Positions 1-15,398 of a stretch of 64,000 bases of DNA are shown here, piece after piece (position 1 is the stretch's first letter; each line of letters opens with the position of its first letter). This DNA is from Octopus vulgaris (taxonomy: Eukaryota). Below the pieces are notes generated by a model that worked only from the letters and a program-made list of their open reading frames with translations, was not told the origin of the DNA and did no database searches. The stretch spans positions 10,664,001-10,728,000 of the forward strand of contig OX597831.1 in NCBI GenBank assembly GCA_951406725.2, in the 5' to 3' direction. A program made the position numbers and the translations under genes.

Positions 1-220
1 CAAACACTATAAAATGTTTCTATTGGAGCTCCGGGCACGAATGCCAAGCGGTGCAGCATGTCGTTCCCAAACTTCGGGCAGAGTGAATTGCGAAATGGTG
101 CTGTTCTTTACATAGACAGTTCCCAACTGATCCTAATATACTGTGTAGTCGACAAAATCAAAAAGAAAACATTCATATTTGTGAAATAAATAATATAAAA
201 TGGCGACAATTTCCCCATCA

Positions 221-227
<7 letters not shown>
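1..227. mobile_element. Probable end of a Tc1/mariner-type DNA transposon, cut by the window edge
   Basis: Ends ...ccccatcataccctaTA into a (TA)n run, resembling a decayed CAGGGTG-type TIR. The partner end is not visible. Confidence 0.3.
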
Positions 228-1351
<1,124 letters not shown>

Positions 1352-1699
1352 TATGTATGCGTCATAAAAGGAGATTGTAAAAACATGTTTGGCAGTGTTT
1401 ATTTATTATTTATTACTTAAATAAATAATATCAAATATTCTTTTCCAATTTCCTGTTTTGATATGTAATACTATTTTCTAGTATTGTCAAACACTCGTGC
1501 ATATCACACGCAATTATAACATCTTCATATAATTTTGGAGTACTGCAGTAAATAGATGTCCTTCATGAGAGTACAGTTTGGATTATAACGCATGCATACA
1601 CTGACATATTCACACACGGACACATACACTCACGTACACATACACACACATGCACAGACAAACACAAACACACCCACAGGCGCGCGCATATATATAAAT

Positions 1700-1893
1700 G
1701 GCGAGCTGGCAGATTCGTTGAGCTTCGGACGAAACGCTTAGCAGTATTTCATCTACCGTTACGTTCTGAGTTCCAATTCCGCCGAGGTCGACTTAGCCTT
1801 TCATACTTTCGGGACCGATATAATCGACTTAATACCTTAGTCTGTCCTTGTTTTCCCCCTCTATGTTTAGCCCTTTGTGGGCAATAAAGAAAT
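1700..1893 (+). mobile_element. tRNA-derived SINE family A (Meta-domain-like), internally deleted
   Basis: Head GGCGAGCTGGCAGA..GTTCCAATTCC (box A/B-like), body GAGGTCGACTT..CCTTTCA, tail ..GTGGGCAATAAAGAAA. Confidence 0.85.
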
Positions 1894-1900
1894 ATATATA

Positions 1901-2177
1901 TAATAATCATTTGAGGGAATATTATTCCTAACTTACAGGGAAAAATTCCGTTTAGAAATACTAAATCATATTTCACGAAATATAATATATATATGATACA
2001 TATTTACGTTTTTATTATTATAAATATATACATTTTTATTAATATTTTGCAATTTACTAAATCATCGGTATATTGTTGTTATTTTTATTTTAATATTTCT
2101 ATTATATGTAATTTTCTACATGGTGTAATTTTATTGTTCATTTTGAATTGATAAAAGGTGTTTTTTTCTAATTTTTA
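1901..2177. mobile_element. Copy of the (TA)n-associated fold-back element at 13915-14318, with one arm deleted
   Basis: 1901-1985 aligns with 13915-13998; 2005-2177 aligns with 14164-14318. Confidence 0.75.
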
Positions 2178-2571
2178 TATATACATGTGTGTGTGTGTGT
2201 GTATGTGTGTATGTATGTTTATATATATATGAATATATTTCAACTAATACCATTCGAGTTGTCACGTATTGCTGGTTTCAATTAAGCTGATTAATTTAAT
2301 TAGATTATTTAAGTGCATGATTGATAGTTATTTTTCTATAACTTAATGCTCCTTTGTATTCTTTTCACAATAGAATAATGCTGTATTTATATTCACATCG
2401 CCATTTCTTCCTTCGTATGCCATTAACGTCTTCATTAGGATACTAAACCCTTGGTAATCTTTACGATTTAGGGATCAGCAAGATTTCAACATTCTGAAGT
2501 GTTTTGCTTTTTATTTTGAAATTGTTTCTTTTTGTTCGTGTTCCTGTAGTTGACTTGCTTTAGTATTCTTT

Positions 2572-2760
2572 TATTCTTTTACTTGTATTAGTCATTTGAG
2601 TGCGGCCATGCTGGAGTACCGCCTTTAGCCGAACAAATTGGACGCCTAGTACTTATTCTATCGAAGTCTTTTGCCGAACCGCTAAGTTACGAGGACGTAA
2701 AACACACCAGCGTTTGTTGACAAGCGGTGGTGGAGAACAAACACACACACACACACACAT
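2572..2760 (-). mobile_element. SINE family B, 3' half
   Basis: GCGGCCATGCTGGAG..TTTTGCCGAACCGCTAAGTTACG matches the full copies at 43888-44328 and 56577-56988. Confidence 0.8.
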
Positions 2761-3139
2761 ATATATGTATGTATATATATATTTGTATTTAAGCATGTAT
2801 GTAAGTACGTTCGTATGTATATCCGTTTGGGAGTATTTGCATGTATATATTTGTATGTGTACATATGTGTACTTGCATCTACGCCTCAATGCGTGTGTAT
2901 GTATACACACACACACGCACACACACACATACATATATATTTATTAATGTACACGGATATTTCGAGCCTTGTGCCTAGAGTGGAACTTTAGGGCCTTGTG
3001 CCTAGAGTTGAAAAGATCCTTTCGGAGTCGATAAATTGAGTACCATTGAAACACTGCGTTCGATGTAATCGACACATCCCTTACCCGAAAATGGTAGCCC
3101 TTGTGGCTACCATTATCATTATTATTATTATTATCATTA

Positions 3140-3355
3140 AGGCGTCGAACTGGCAGATTCGTTAGCATATCGGGTGAAACGCTTAGCGGTATTTAGCTCG
3201 TTGCTACGTTCTGAATTCAAATTCCGCGGAGGTCGACTTTGTCTTTCACCCTTTTGTGTCCGATAAACTAAGTACCAGTGACACACTGAGGCTGATGTAA
3301 TTGACTTAAAACCTCCCTCCAAATTTCGGGCTCTGTGCCTTTAGTAGGAAGGATT
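3140..3355 (+). mobile_element. SINE family A, alternative tail (type B: AAATTTCGGGC..TGTGCCT..AGTAG)
   Basis: Family A head and body with a different 3' end. Extra tail fragments lie at 2958-3110. Confidence 0.8.
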
Positions 3356-4353
3356 ATTGTAATTACGTTTATATATTGGTTTTGCGAGATTCTTGATGTT
3401 AAGTCGTGTGTTGAAAGAGATGTCGTTGTATTTAGGAATGGTCATTTTGCCAGTTTAGTCATTAAAAACACACTCACCATATATTTGGTGTTAATTTGCT
3501 TTAGCGTTATTTATTTTTACATTAATCTTAATCTTATTTCGCCCATTATTATTACTATTATTATTATTATTATTATTATTATTACTAGTATTATTATTAT
3601 TACATTTTTAAAATCTTGAATAATATTTAATATATTAGCGTAGATTTTACTTAATAAATTATATTTTTATTTTAGTTTCTATTCTTTATTTTATATTTTA
3701 TATATTAACCTCGTATTTCTGCTTTTTACAGTTCAGTTGTCGCGTGGCGTTATTGTGCCACTAAAGTCCTCATATTGATTGGTTTATTTTAATTACCTAA
3801 GTGTAGGACTCACAGTAATTCTATGCACTTTGAATAGTCTTTTCCAAATTCTTTTTTTCTCTTTAGAAACTGAAGAATTCTATCACTTTCAGTATTGGTG
3901 TTCCTCTTTCTTAAACATTTTATTCCATTAACGATATCAGGGAGATAAGAGACCTATGCTAATCCTAATAATTTAAGGATCAAGGGATTTGGATACTTGT
4001 GAATTATCTCCCAGGTTGTCTTGTTGTTTGTTGTTGTTGTTTTCGTTCTATTTATTGGTGCTGTTGTTGTTGGTTTTATTTTTTACTCATTCCATATCTT
4101 TTAGTGCAACACTATGGTCAAGTGCACTCTAACCGTGGCTACCTTGTCTTAATTAATGCAATACATGTAATAATGCATTATACGGTTTACCCAGAATGTT
4201 CTAAATACATCAACGTAGGAATGGGATTTTTTCATTTCTGTTCTAATTGTTTGATTTGAAATTCTGTCTATCTATCAATTCCATTATGATAGAGCAAGTA
4301 TTCTCACCATTTGGTATGAAATGTGTTTTTGCATCTACGCCTGAATGCATGAG

Positions 4354-4410
<57 letters not shown>

Positions 4411-4506
4411 TAATGTAAAGTAAATTCAACACAGGAAGAAATGTGTCAAGGCCGACAGGAAGCGGTGCTTCCTAGGGCTAAATAGCAATAGTATTCTTCC
4501 CTTCAA

Positions 4507-4738
4507 GGCGGCGAGCTGGCAAAAACGTTAGCACGCCGGGCGAAATGCTTAGCAGTATTTCGTCTGCCGTTACGTTCTGAGTTCAAATTCCGCCAAGGTC
4601 GACTTTGCCTTTCATCCTTTCGGGGTCGATAAATTAAGTTCCAGTTACGCACTGGGGTAGATGTAATCGACTTAATCCGTTTGTCTGTCCTTGTTTGTCC
4701 CCTTTGTGTTTAGCCCCTTGTGGGTAGTAAAGAAATAG
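4507..4738 (+). mobile_element. SINE family A, full-length young copy with TSD
   Basis: Complete head, body and tail. TSD GTATTCTTCCCTTC(4491-4504)/GTATTCTACCCTTC(4739-4752). Confidence 0.92.
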
Positions 4739-7436
4739 GTATTCTACCCTTCCATGGGACTGACATATCAAGTTGACAACATGCCACCACTTTCTCGTGT
4801 TACTACTGTATGAATCTCCGGGGAGATTTAGAAATGTATTATTCATGAATTCAACATCTCTTGAATGTTATGAAATGCCAGCGCGGTTCTTCCACGCTGA
4901 TATTGATCCACTTTTAACACACGGGCTGAAATGAAAGTACTTCAATGCCAATTCAACTCCTGTATTTATGTAGCCGTATATCATATGAATCAGTAATTCG
5001 AATGAGAGCAATAAAGTCGCAGAGCATTATTCCAAGCCAAATTTTATTCACTTGACATTAGAGCCGAAGAACATGAATTATACCCTTGGCACTTTCTCTG
5101 TCTCGTAATAAATCTACTCAGAAAGAAACTAATTTAGCAGATTGATGGCTTCGGAAACTCGTTTACATCAATGAGTTTTTTTTTTATGCAGTTGTTGTTT
5201 AACACATTAAAGAATCTATTAACCAACTCATCTTTATTTAATCTGGAGTTATCACAGACTCCACTTACCGAAGTGCTTTCGTTTTCCAAAAAGGTAAAGA
5301 GTGATGTGTGCGGCGTGGGGTATTGATTCCAGCAAATAAAGCGCGATTTTCGAAGACTTTCTCGTTTGCTGTGGTTAATCTGAGTTCCCGAAAAAGACAT
5401 ATTCTTCTCTGTTCACCGAAATACCTGCAAAGCCCCCTTCACAGCTTTGAAAAATTTCTGTATAGGTATGAGATAATTGAAGGTAATACTTGATATTGTT
5501 CATCTGCATATAACATGGCGTGGTGATTGGCAAGTAACCTTTGGCATGTAAAAATTGGTTACAGAGTCACCTGGATATATTTTTGGGACATTACAGCAGT
5601 GACTATCCGCATTTTGTGAGCTATTCAGGTCTCATTTGTTTCTTATCCTCCTTGTAATGTCGATGATACGAGAGAAAGATTTTGCTATTTCTAACAGCTC
5701 TTGCAACTGCGTGGGTGGTTTCTTGACCTGTTGTTGTTTTATTTGTCTTGCATAGGTATGATCAAGGTCATCAGACTATTTTTAAAGGTAGTCAGATGCG
5801 AGTGGCAATAATCATGACCCTGTACATTACCTTCAAAAACGATGGGAGGGTGGATAATTACAATAGAGTAGGCTCTCTCCCGATAAAGGGCACCAAAATG
5901 CAAAGTGAGGTTGGGAAACCAGCCAGCGTATCAAGTCTACATCCCTACATGGCGGGATTTCAAATCAAACGCCGAAAAAAAAGACAGAAAAGCGGCTGAA
6001 ATGACGTTTTTGTTGTTATGCTAATTCACCATGTTAAGTTACTGTATTTATCGTTATGACAAGCGACCTAATGTATAATGTAAACATCGAGTGTGAACAT
6101 TCAAACGTCATCACCATCTTTCTAAATCCTGTTGCATTTCACAGCAAATTTTCGTTTCCTCCAAAGTCATCTTGCTGTAAAAGTTTACTTTCTTTTATGA
6201 GCTGTAGACTTTGGTCTGAGATATTTTACATGTATGTCGGAAGACACGGCAGTAACCTTTTACGACTCCGTTATGATCAGGGACACAGTTGGCCTCGAAG
6301 ACGTTTGAAATCAGAACGAAGAGTCCAGACACACTGCGCAAAGCAATCTCTCTGCTGTTACAACTATTCTATCAATTTGATGCTTACTTTTGTCCAGACA
6401 TGTGGCAGACATGTTTCTAGAGCATCCAACACTTTTTTAATACAGCAAAATATAGGCTGAGCGGGATTTGGCAGCCATTTATTGCACGTCGTTTGACCAC
6501 GTAGAGGCCTGCTTCTTTGCCCGGCGGTTATTGACCTGTAAGCAGACTGCATATCTCCAGTTGTTGAAGAAAAGTTTTCTTGGTCTCTTGATGATCTTCG
6601 TTTCTGCATGTAGGAATAATAATAGCTTCTTCTTTGAATTAGTTTCCTTTTTTTAGAATACCGCTATTTCTTACAAAACAGAACATTACACACACACACA
6701 CACACATACACGCGCGTATATATCTATATAAAGAAGGCATTCAATAGATAAAGAATATCTATGGATTTATTGGTGTTTTTGGTTTAGTTGAATTAGCAAT
6801 AACTTTCCCGTTCTGATTTTACTGATATGATGAAAATCACACATTTCCCCCACCCTCTCGCTCCACCCCCACCCTTACTCCTTGTCATAACTTATGTTTT
6901 GTCTAGCTTTGGTCGGCTTTGCGAACGAAGCTATGAATTAATATTCTACAGTGGTGACAGCATATAGAAATAAACAGTGCTTATAAAATGCAAATTTATT
7001 CCTAAAGCCATACGTGCATCAGCATATTTGTTTTTATGTATTGTTGACATGGTTGGTATAATGTATATAAAATTGTTTAATATCCTGTCATGTGCTTCTA
7101 GTAGATTACAATACATGTATTCAGATAAGTCCTAAAGTATATCTTTCCACATCATCAATTTACGCAAGCACACGTTAACATCGCATATACACATATCAAC
7201 GCACTAATTCTACACATTGTCTTCCCACGTCTTCGCTTTACACGAACACACATAAATATCGCACGCAAAGACGCACACATATATCCATCGGCTAAAATAC
7301 GAAATATACGCTTACTTCCAATCTAATCTACAATAATTGTACACTCAGCAAAAACGTATTTAAAAACTCATCACTTTTCGTTATGTTAATACGATTTGTA
7401 ATTCGCACACAAATCTGAGGCATTATATTGGTTTCA

Positions 7437-7825
7437 TATTTTGGCAAAAGGCCAGCAATTTCGGGGTTAGGAGAAGTCGATTATAACGATTCCAGTGTTC
7501 AACTGGTACTTATTCTAACGACCGCAAAAGGACGAAAGGCAAAGTCGTCCTCGGCGGTATTTGAACTCAGAATGTAAAGATGGACGAAATGCCGCTAAGC
7601 AGTTTACCCGGCGTGCTAACGATTCTCCCAGCTCACCGTCTTTCAAACGGGTGCACTATATCCTTTTTAACTCTAGGCAGTGCGTAACTGGTACTTAATT
7701 CATCGACCCCGAAAGGATGAAAGACAAAGTCGGCCTCGGCGGAATTTGAACTCAGAACGTACAGACAGACGAAATGCCAATTTCGTTATTACCCACTGGG
7801 GGCTACACAAAGAATAGGACAAAAC
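7437..7825 (-). mobile_element. Two adjacent SINE family A copies (one old tail-B, one partial)
   Basis: AAAGGCAAAGTCG..CTCGGCGG.ATTTGAACTCAGAA occurs twice. Confidence 0.8.
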
Positions 7826-8654
7826 AACTGATTGTGGTTACTAGGACGTTATGATATTTATCATATTTATGTAAATAAACATAAATATAAAATTATATAA
7901 AATATATAAGAATCGAATGAAATACACAGTACAAATATGACAAAAATGTAGCGATGATCAGGCCACGCCCCGACCCCATAAGTCCCGATGTATCACTGGT
8001 ACTTATTTCATCTCTTGTTTTTCTTCTATAGCCTATTTACATGGTTCCTTGCACGCACAGCACTTGTGCAACATGCTTCCTGCTTTTTTTTTTTTTTGAC
8101 ACAATCTCCGAAAGGCATCTCTTTTAAGTTGAATGTCTTAAAAATAATAATTTTCCTTTTTTCCTCCGCTAATTCTCCTTCTGGTGTTTCCACTTTTACC
8201 GTTCCATCTCATTCTGCTATCATTTCCTTATATTTTAATAATTCTTTCTTGTCAGTTGACAGTTGTCGCGTTCCACTACCAGCTGCTGACGCAAAATTTT
8301 TTCTTTCTTCATTTTAAATGTTCTTTGTTTCTGTTTCTTTTGGTACCCGTAACTTTTGGTAATGCTGGGAATTCATTTTCCGAAACATCAGAAATGTAAA
8401 CAAAAATTAAACTTTCTATCATAACGTCCGTGTACGATTGTGGCCAATATCCTAGAGGAGAAACCTTCAATAACGAATAAAACAATGCCGGAATAAAAGG
8501 AAATTAGTCAACTGATCAGGCAGTTATGATCAACCTATTCTACACTAATAAGATTCAATACCCCTTAATTTAACCATATTGCAGTGGTGATGAGCACTGC
8601 ATACAGTGAGCCCATTCTTAACCCCGTATCAATACGCTAACACTAATATACATT

Positions 8655-8822
8655 ATTTACACTTGACGGATATTTGTTCTCATCTTGTTTGTTATTAACA
8701 CAAACTTTCGGCTGTATTGGGGAAATTTCGAACCTGGGTTCTCATTCCTAAGGTGACTGCTTGAAATCGAACTCCGAATCTTGGGGTTAGTACCCCGCGA
8801 TCTTAACCACTACGCCATAAAG
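8655..8822 (-). mobile_element. tRNA-headed SINE-like element (family D), internally deleted
   Basis: Minus strand TATGGCGTAGTGGTTAAGATCGCGGGGTACTAACCCCAAGATTCGGAGTTCGATTTC has box A, an anticodon-like hairpin and box B, but no matching acceptor stem. Confidence 0.6.
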
Positions 8823-8884
8823 CCGTGAGTAAATATGGAGTAAATTTTAGTGTTTATAAATCTAATATTCTATCCTTCCTTAAT

Positions 8885-9119
8885 ACCTATTTCTTTACTA
8901 CTCACAAAGGGCTAAACATAGAAGGGACAAACAAGGACAGACAAACGGATTAAGTCGATTATATCGACTCCAGTGCGTAAAACGTACTTATTTAATCGAC
9001 CCCGAAAAGAAGGAAAGGCAACGTCGACCTCGGCGGAATTTGAACTCAGAACGTAGCGGCAGACGAAATACGGCTACGCATTTCGCCCGGCGTGCTAACG
9101 ATTCTGCCAGCTCACCGCC
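8885..9119 (-). mobile_element. SINE family A, full-length
   Basis: Reverse complement of 4507-4738; flanked by repeated CCTTCCTTA. Confidence 0.9.
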
Positions 9120-9892
9120 TTCCTTATGCTATTCCTATCTGCACTCGGTCTGCTTAGGAGATTATTGTGTCCTAACATGTGCTGCTTCTTTCAGTTTTCG
9201 TATTTTCCAGTGGTGTTCTCTATCTATTATTTTAACTTCATCCCACAGAGGGGGGTAGTCTCCATTGATATACAACTCCATTAAATATAGAACTGTAACA
9301 CTAATATGCTTGACGCTGTCCGGGATTGGTTGAACGTAGATGAAAAGAGAGTGAGGGAGAGAGAGGGAGGGAGAGAGAGAGGGAAGAGAGTCAGCGGTGA
9401 GAGCTAGGGATTGCTGTTATGTGGTTTAATAGTTAGTTACAAGAAGAAGTAGAACGCAATAAAGAAGTAACGAAAGAGACAGAGAGAGGAGGAGGTGAGT
9501 GTGCACATCAGTGCAGTTATATGACTTTAAATGTCGTGTGATAAAATATTATGACAGGTCATCAAAGTAGGTTGGTTCTTTTGCAGGTTTTAATGTACAA
9601 AATGTTCAATACCTTCTTTCTTTTCGACGGAGAGTATATCTTAAGGTGGGTTTTAAAATTATATCGATAGATGGTTAACATAAAATGAAGTATCTTGCAA
9701 TAAGCTTTCGATGAGACTATTTTACGCCTTCTATCCCAAAGACGTGTTCATGTTGGACATGATTTATTCAGGTTCCATTTTGGTTCGTTTAATAATTTTC
9801 TTTCTTAAGTTGAAATGCGTATCCATATTAACATAGCAAACAGATACACACATCCATAGAAAGAAGCGTAGATGAGACAGATAAACAGAGTG

Positions 9893-10508
<616 letters not shown>

Positions 10509-11164
10509 GAAAGTAGGTATTCCATCACGCAGTTCGTTTTATAGATATACAGATTGATAGAGAAATAATTGAACTGAAATTAAATGAAAACGAAATGAAA
10601 ATAAACTTGATTGACAGATAAGTTGGACTGAGTTTGTTACTGATACGGGGGAGGGGCGACGGCGGTCGGACAGTGAAAAGTATAGTTTTTTTTTTATTGT
10701 TATAGTCATATCACATCTCACTTGAGGTATTCGCTTGAGAGCAATTAATTATAGCCTGCTAAATCAAAAGTTATATTTGTTTACAAAATGTGGACAATAA
10801 TTGACCACAAGACACATTTTTCTATATGTTTTTCTTTAAAAAGAAAAAAATAAACAATCATATGACGATTTGCAAAAGCTTTACCAACGCATAGTAGCAG
10901 AGTGATATTATAGCTAGCGTCACTGATTTTGTTCGACACGTAAGATTGCTTACTTATTGACATAAGCTGAAAAATGATAGATAAAAACTCATAAAATATA
11001 ACAGATAATGATATAGCTTTCGAGGATGTTGTTTCTTGAAATTGCACCTTGAACACCACCTATGTGGATTTGTTACGCCAAATTAATTATTAAATACTCC
11101 TGAAAAATACAGGATTTCGACTTATAATTTTCCAGTCAAGCGTCCAATTTATACAGGTACTGCA

Positions 11165-11605
11165 TCGAGCCAGCGGAACCGATAACACGCCGGGCACATT
11201 GTTTAGCGGCATTTCGTCCGTTTTTACGTTCTGATTTCAAATTCTGCCGAGATTTGCTGTCTTTCATTTCAGGTTGATAAAATAAATACCAACTGAGCGC
11301 TGGGCTCGATGTAATCGATTTACGACACCACTCCACACACCCAGACAGAAATTTGAGGTCTTCTGCCTACAGTAGAGAAGATTATTGCTACTCTTGTAAG
11401 ATTCGAGCTGACAGATTCGTTAGTGCGTCGAACAAAAAGTTTAGTAGCATTTTTCCAGTTCCTTATATTCTGAGATCAAATTCGTCCGAGGTCAACTTTG
11501 CTTTTAACCCTTTAGGGATGAAATAAGAAGCAGTCATGAATGAGATTCGGTAATCCCCTTATTCTCTTCCACTAAAATTGCTGACATTTACTCAAAATTT
11601 GAAAC

Positions 11606-11606
<1 letters not shown>
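11165..11606 (+). mobile_element. Two old, diverged SINE family A (tail-B) copies in tandem
   Basis: Degenerate heads, TTCAAATTC box B and AAATTTG..CT tails at about 11165-11385 and 11403-11606. Confidence 0.65.
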
Positions 11607-11657
<51 letters not shown>

Positions 11658-12110
11658 GAGTGAGAGAGCAGTTCATGCCATCAAAGTGACACTGGGGTAA
11701 AATGTTCGAAACCCAGTATACCCATCGTGACTACTCGTCTAATAAGGGTACACCAGGCACATGCATCACAAACATATGTGCGCGACATGGTGATCTCATA
11801 TCAAGTTAAACAGCGCATGACTTTGGGGCCTAGTTAGAATTTTCTTCTGGTCGAGTAGCCCATTCCACTCAAAATGTCCCTGAGTAAGGTTTGTTTAAGG
11901 GCGTTGAACGAACCACCTATGTTTCCAAAGGGGAATTATCCAAACTTCTAAGAATTCCTTTCAACACTCGGCTATGATGTTCCTTAACTACTTCTGCTCG
12001 TGATCAGAGATGCACATATCGTCAGCCACTAAGGGACATGCTCAACTGATTAAGGTCAAACAACTGACAAGCAAATCTGTGGTATTGAGCAGAATATTTG
12101 CTGTAGCTCT
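11658..12110 (-). mobile_element. Non-coding insertion within an (ATT)n tract, possibly the 3' end or a derivative of a Dong/R4-type element
   Basis: About 450 bp of complex sequence flanked by (ATT)n on both sides (11607-11657, 12111-12128). Family and strand are inferred from the target only. Confidence 0.4.
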
Positions 12111-12393
12111 ATTATCATTATTATTATTGCACTATCTGTCTTTGTTTATCAACCTTGCTTGCTGACGGGTCTTATGTTGTTTTATGCTAGACAGAAATCA
12201 TTTTAATTAATTAGGAAATTTGTGTATAATGTACTCAACACATCACTCTTTAGCAGACCTCACTCACAAACTATCCTCTGATCAGTAGTTCCATCTTTTT
12301 CGCACTGGTTCCCAACAGCGGTTCCCAACCCTTTTCTTTAAATGAGTTTTCCCTCCTCGGACTCCTATTAATATGCTTATCCTTGTATATATG

Positions 12394-12426
<33 letters not shown>

Positions 12427-12432
12427 GAGAGG

Positions 12433-12468
<36 letters not shown>

Positions 12469-12479
12469 GAGAAAGAAAG

Positions 12480-13310
12480 ACAGAGAAAGAGAGACAAAGA
12501 CAGAGTTTCAACTGAGAGAGAGTGTGTGTGTATTCGTATCCTGTTAAAGATGTCTTAAAATGATCTTTGAGTGCGAATGATTGACACACCACTGCACACA
12601 ACTTTTGCAAACGATGTAGATTTTCGTTGAAATCAGAAATGTTCAGTGCATCACAATATGTTTCGAGTCGCATCGATTTTCTCAGTGTAAATATTCCAGT
12701 CTTCCCTTCTTAGTTCATTGCGGATGCCAACCTTTACAAATTTACTCATCGAAATCTTTCATCACTTTCCCTTCTTTGCAGGAGCTTTGGAAATATGAAA
12801 TATAATCCCGTATATTAGAATGTTCATTAGCTAAGTACCCACTTTGCGTCCAGGGTCGGCTCGCTAACCCTCTTCACGTTCCTTTGTATCGCGCTGCATA
12901 CTTAGAATCAGCCTGGCCCCAGTCGATTCTTTCATGCAATACCCAAGTGGATACATTCCTAATTAACATTCTAATATACGGGATTATATTTCATATTTCC
13001 AAAGCTCCTACAAAGAAGCAAAAGCGATAAAAGACTTCGATGAGTAAATTTCTGAAGGTTGGCAACCGCAATGAACTAAGAAGGAAAGACTGGAATATTT
13101 ACACTAAGAAAATCGATGCGACTTGAAATATGTTGTGATGCACAGAACATTTTTGATTTCAACGAAAATCTCCATCGTTTGCAAGGGAGTGCAGTGGTAT
13201 GCTAATCATTGGCACTCAAAGATCATCTTTAACAGACATCTTTAACAGGATACGAATACACACACACACTCTCTCTCTCCGTTGAACCTTGTTTCTGTCT
13301 CTGTCTCTCT
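12480..13310. repeat. Long imperfect inverted repeat, arms ~370 bp, spacer ~90 bp
   Basis: 12480-12849 is the reverse complement of 12940-13310, e.g. GTATTCGTATCCTGTTAAAGATGTC / GACATCTTTAACAGGATACGAATAC. Confidence 0.92.
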
Positions 13311-13318
13311 CACTCATT

Positions 13319-13369
<51 letters not shown>

Positions 13370-13404
13370 TAGATAGACACATAGACAGATAGATATATAG
13401 ACAC

Positions 13405-13464
<60 letters not shown>

Positions 13465-13872
13465 ATAGACGGACGGAGAGAGAAACAGGGTTTTGGGAGG
13501 GGTATAATCATGCTAAAAACAATTAAGCATTAACATAATTTTGTAAATTATTTTCAAAACAAAAATTTGAAGGCAATATATATACTTACAGATAAAATAG
13601 ATAAAAATAGGTAAAAAAATAGATAAAAACTTATATACAATATCTACATACGTGTTTGAGTGCACACACACACACAGAGAAGACACGAAATTGCGGCACT
13701 GTTATATTAACGAGTAGAATTTATATATCTCCCAAAGAAATAAGAGACTCATCTGCACCGGCGGATGCTCCTGGGCCAGTTATTAAGTGTCTCAGCTGTG
13801 AGAGATTGATGCTACATATGTGGAAACAAATGTCGTGATTGATGAAAATACTCGTATATTCCATCTTTCGTC

Positions 13873-13914
<42 letters not shown>

Positions 13915-13918
<4 letters not shown>

Positions 13919-14318
13919 ATTATTTGAGGTAATATAAATCCAAACTTACAGGGAAAAAAATTCAATTTAGAAATACTAATTCAAATTCCACACAATATAA
14001 TATATATATATATATATATAAATAATTAGAAGAAAAAAACGCCTTTTATCAATTCAAAATGAACAATTAAATTACACCACCTAGAAAATTACATAGAATA
14101 GAAATATTAAAATTAAAATAACAATAAAATATCAATGATTAAGTAAATTGCCAAAAAACTTATACGTTTTTATTATTGTTTTTTTTTCAATTTACTTAAT
14201 TATTGATATTTTATTGTTATTTTAATTTTAATACTTCTATTCTATGTAATTTTCTAGATGGTGTAATTTAAGTGTTCATTTTGAATTGATAAAAAGGTGG
14301 GTTTTTTTCAAATTTTTT
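13915..14318 (-). mobile_element. (TA)n-embedded fold-back element (unique flank plus ~120-bp inverted arms)
   Basis: Arms ~14030-14150 and 14188-14310 are reverse complements; a second copy lies at 1901-2177. Confidence 0.8.
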
Positions 14319-14324
14319 ATATAC

Positions 14325-14375
<51 letters not shown>

Positions 14376-14667
14376 TGTGTGTGTATGAAATTCACAAATA
14401 TATTCAAACTGCTTTGGTGAATATGTTTTGTTAACTGTACGTGTATCCATTTATTTTCGGTTTCTTTTTTCTTTTTTTTTTTCTGTGTGTGCGTCCATCT
14501 ATATAGTATGTGTATGCAACACTTGTACGTAGAATTGTGTGGAAATTCTACGTCCATGATTACTCACAATATATTAAAATATTCTTGTTCAAAAATCTAT
14601 TGAAATAAAACCAACTTATTTTCAATTACTTGTTGCAATCTTTGTATCTCCTTAGCGAAAATTACTA

Positions 14668-14843
14668 CTTACTCGTCTGGTAAGTATTCTTAAGTGAATT
14701 TTAGATCAGAAACTACACCTAGTAGTTATTTTCTCAAGATAGTTTTGTTAAACCAGTCATTAATAAATATATTTCACACAGTTTCCTCGCTCACTCCTAC
14801 ACTCTCTCTCCCTCCCTGTTTCTCCCTCTCTTGCTATTTCCCT
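14668..14843 (+). repeat. ~175-bp dispersed direct repeat, copy 1 (copy 2 at 17030-17208)
   Basis: Shares GTGAATTTTAGA.CAGAAAC.ACACCTAGTA..TTTTCTCAAGATA..AAATATATTTCACACAGTTTCCTC.CTCACTCCTAC. Confidence 0.88.
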
Positions 14844-15016
14844 AAGAGTAAAGTTCTTAGAATAAGTTATTTTCATAAATGTCACAATAAACATTGATAT
14901 TTGCCTCACTGGACGAAAAAAAAAATTTGTTTTTCAAATTTCCCTTTAACTAGCGAGATTATGGTAGACACTAAAAATAAAATTATTCTATAATTTGTAC
15001 GATTAAAATAACCAAT

Positions 15017-15187
15017 AGGCGTAGGAGTGACTGTGTGGTAAGTGGCTTACTTACTAACCACACGGTTCCGAATTCGGTTCCACTGCGTGGCACCTTGGGC
15101 AAGTGTCTTCTGCTATAGCCTCGGGCCGACCAAAGCCTTGTGAGTGGATTTGGTAGTCGGAAACTGAAAGAAGCACGTCGTATATAC

Positions 15188-15230
<43 letters not shown>

Positions 15231-15336
15231 GGTCCCGGGTTGAGTCGGGGTTAACCACAGTAAATAAGATACTCAATACATAGCAGAGTAAATTAATTTA
15301 TTTTATAGAAGGAGCTTCTACAGCTCCTTCTATAAA

Positions 15337-15398
<62 letters not shown>

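Noticed and set aside
2255-2445. Minus-strand CTAATGA...GAAACCAGC possible hammerhead
   Set aside because: The core is mutated, stem II is not complementary and the spacing is too long.
6056-6656. Overlapping ORFs in unique sequence
   Set aside because: No recognisable motif or splice structure.
8698-8715. Minus-strand CAGCCGAAAG remnant within SINE family D
   Set aside because: The rest of a hammerhead is absent in this copy.
13805-13842. TTGATGC-TACATATGTG-GAAACAAATGTC hammerhead-like string
   Set aside because: No stem I pairing and two core changes.
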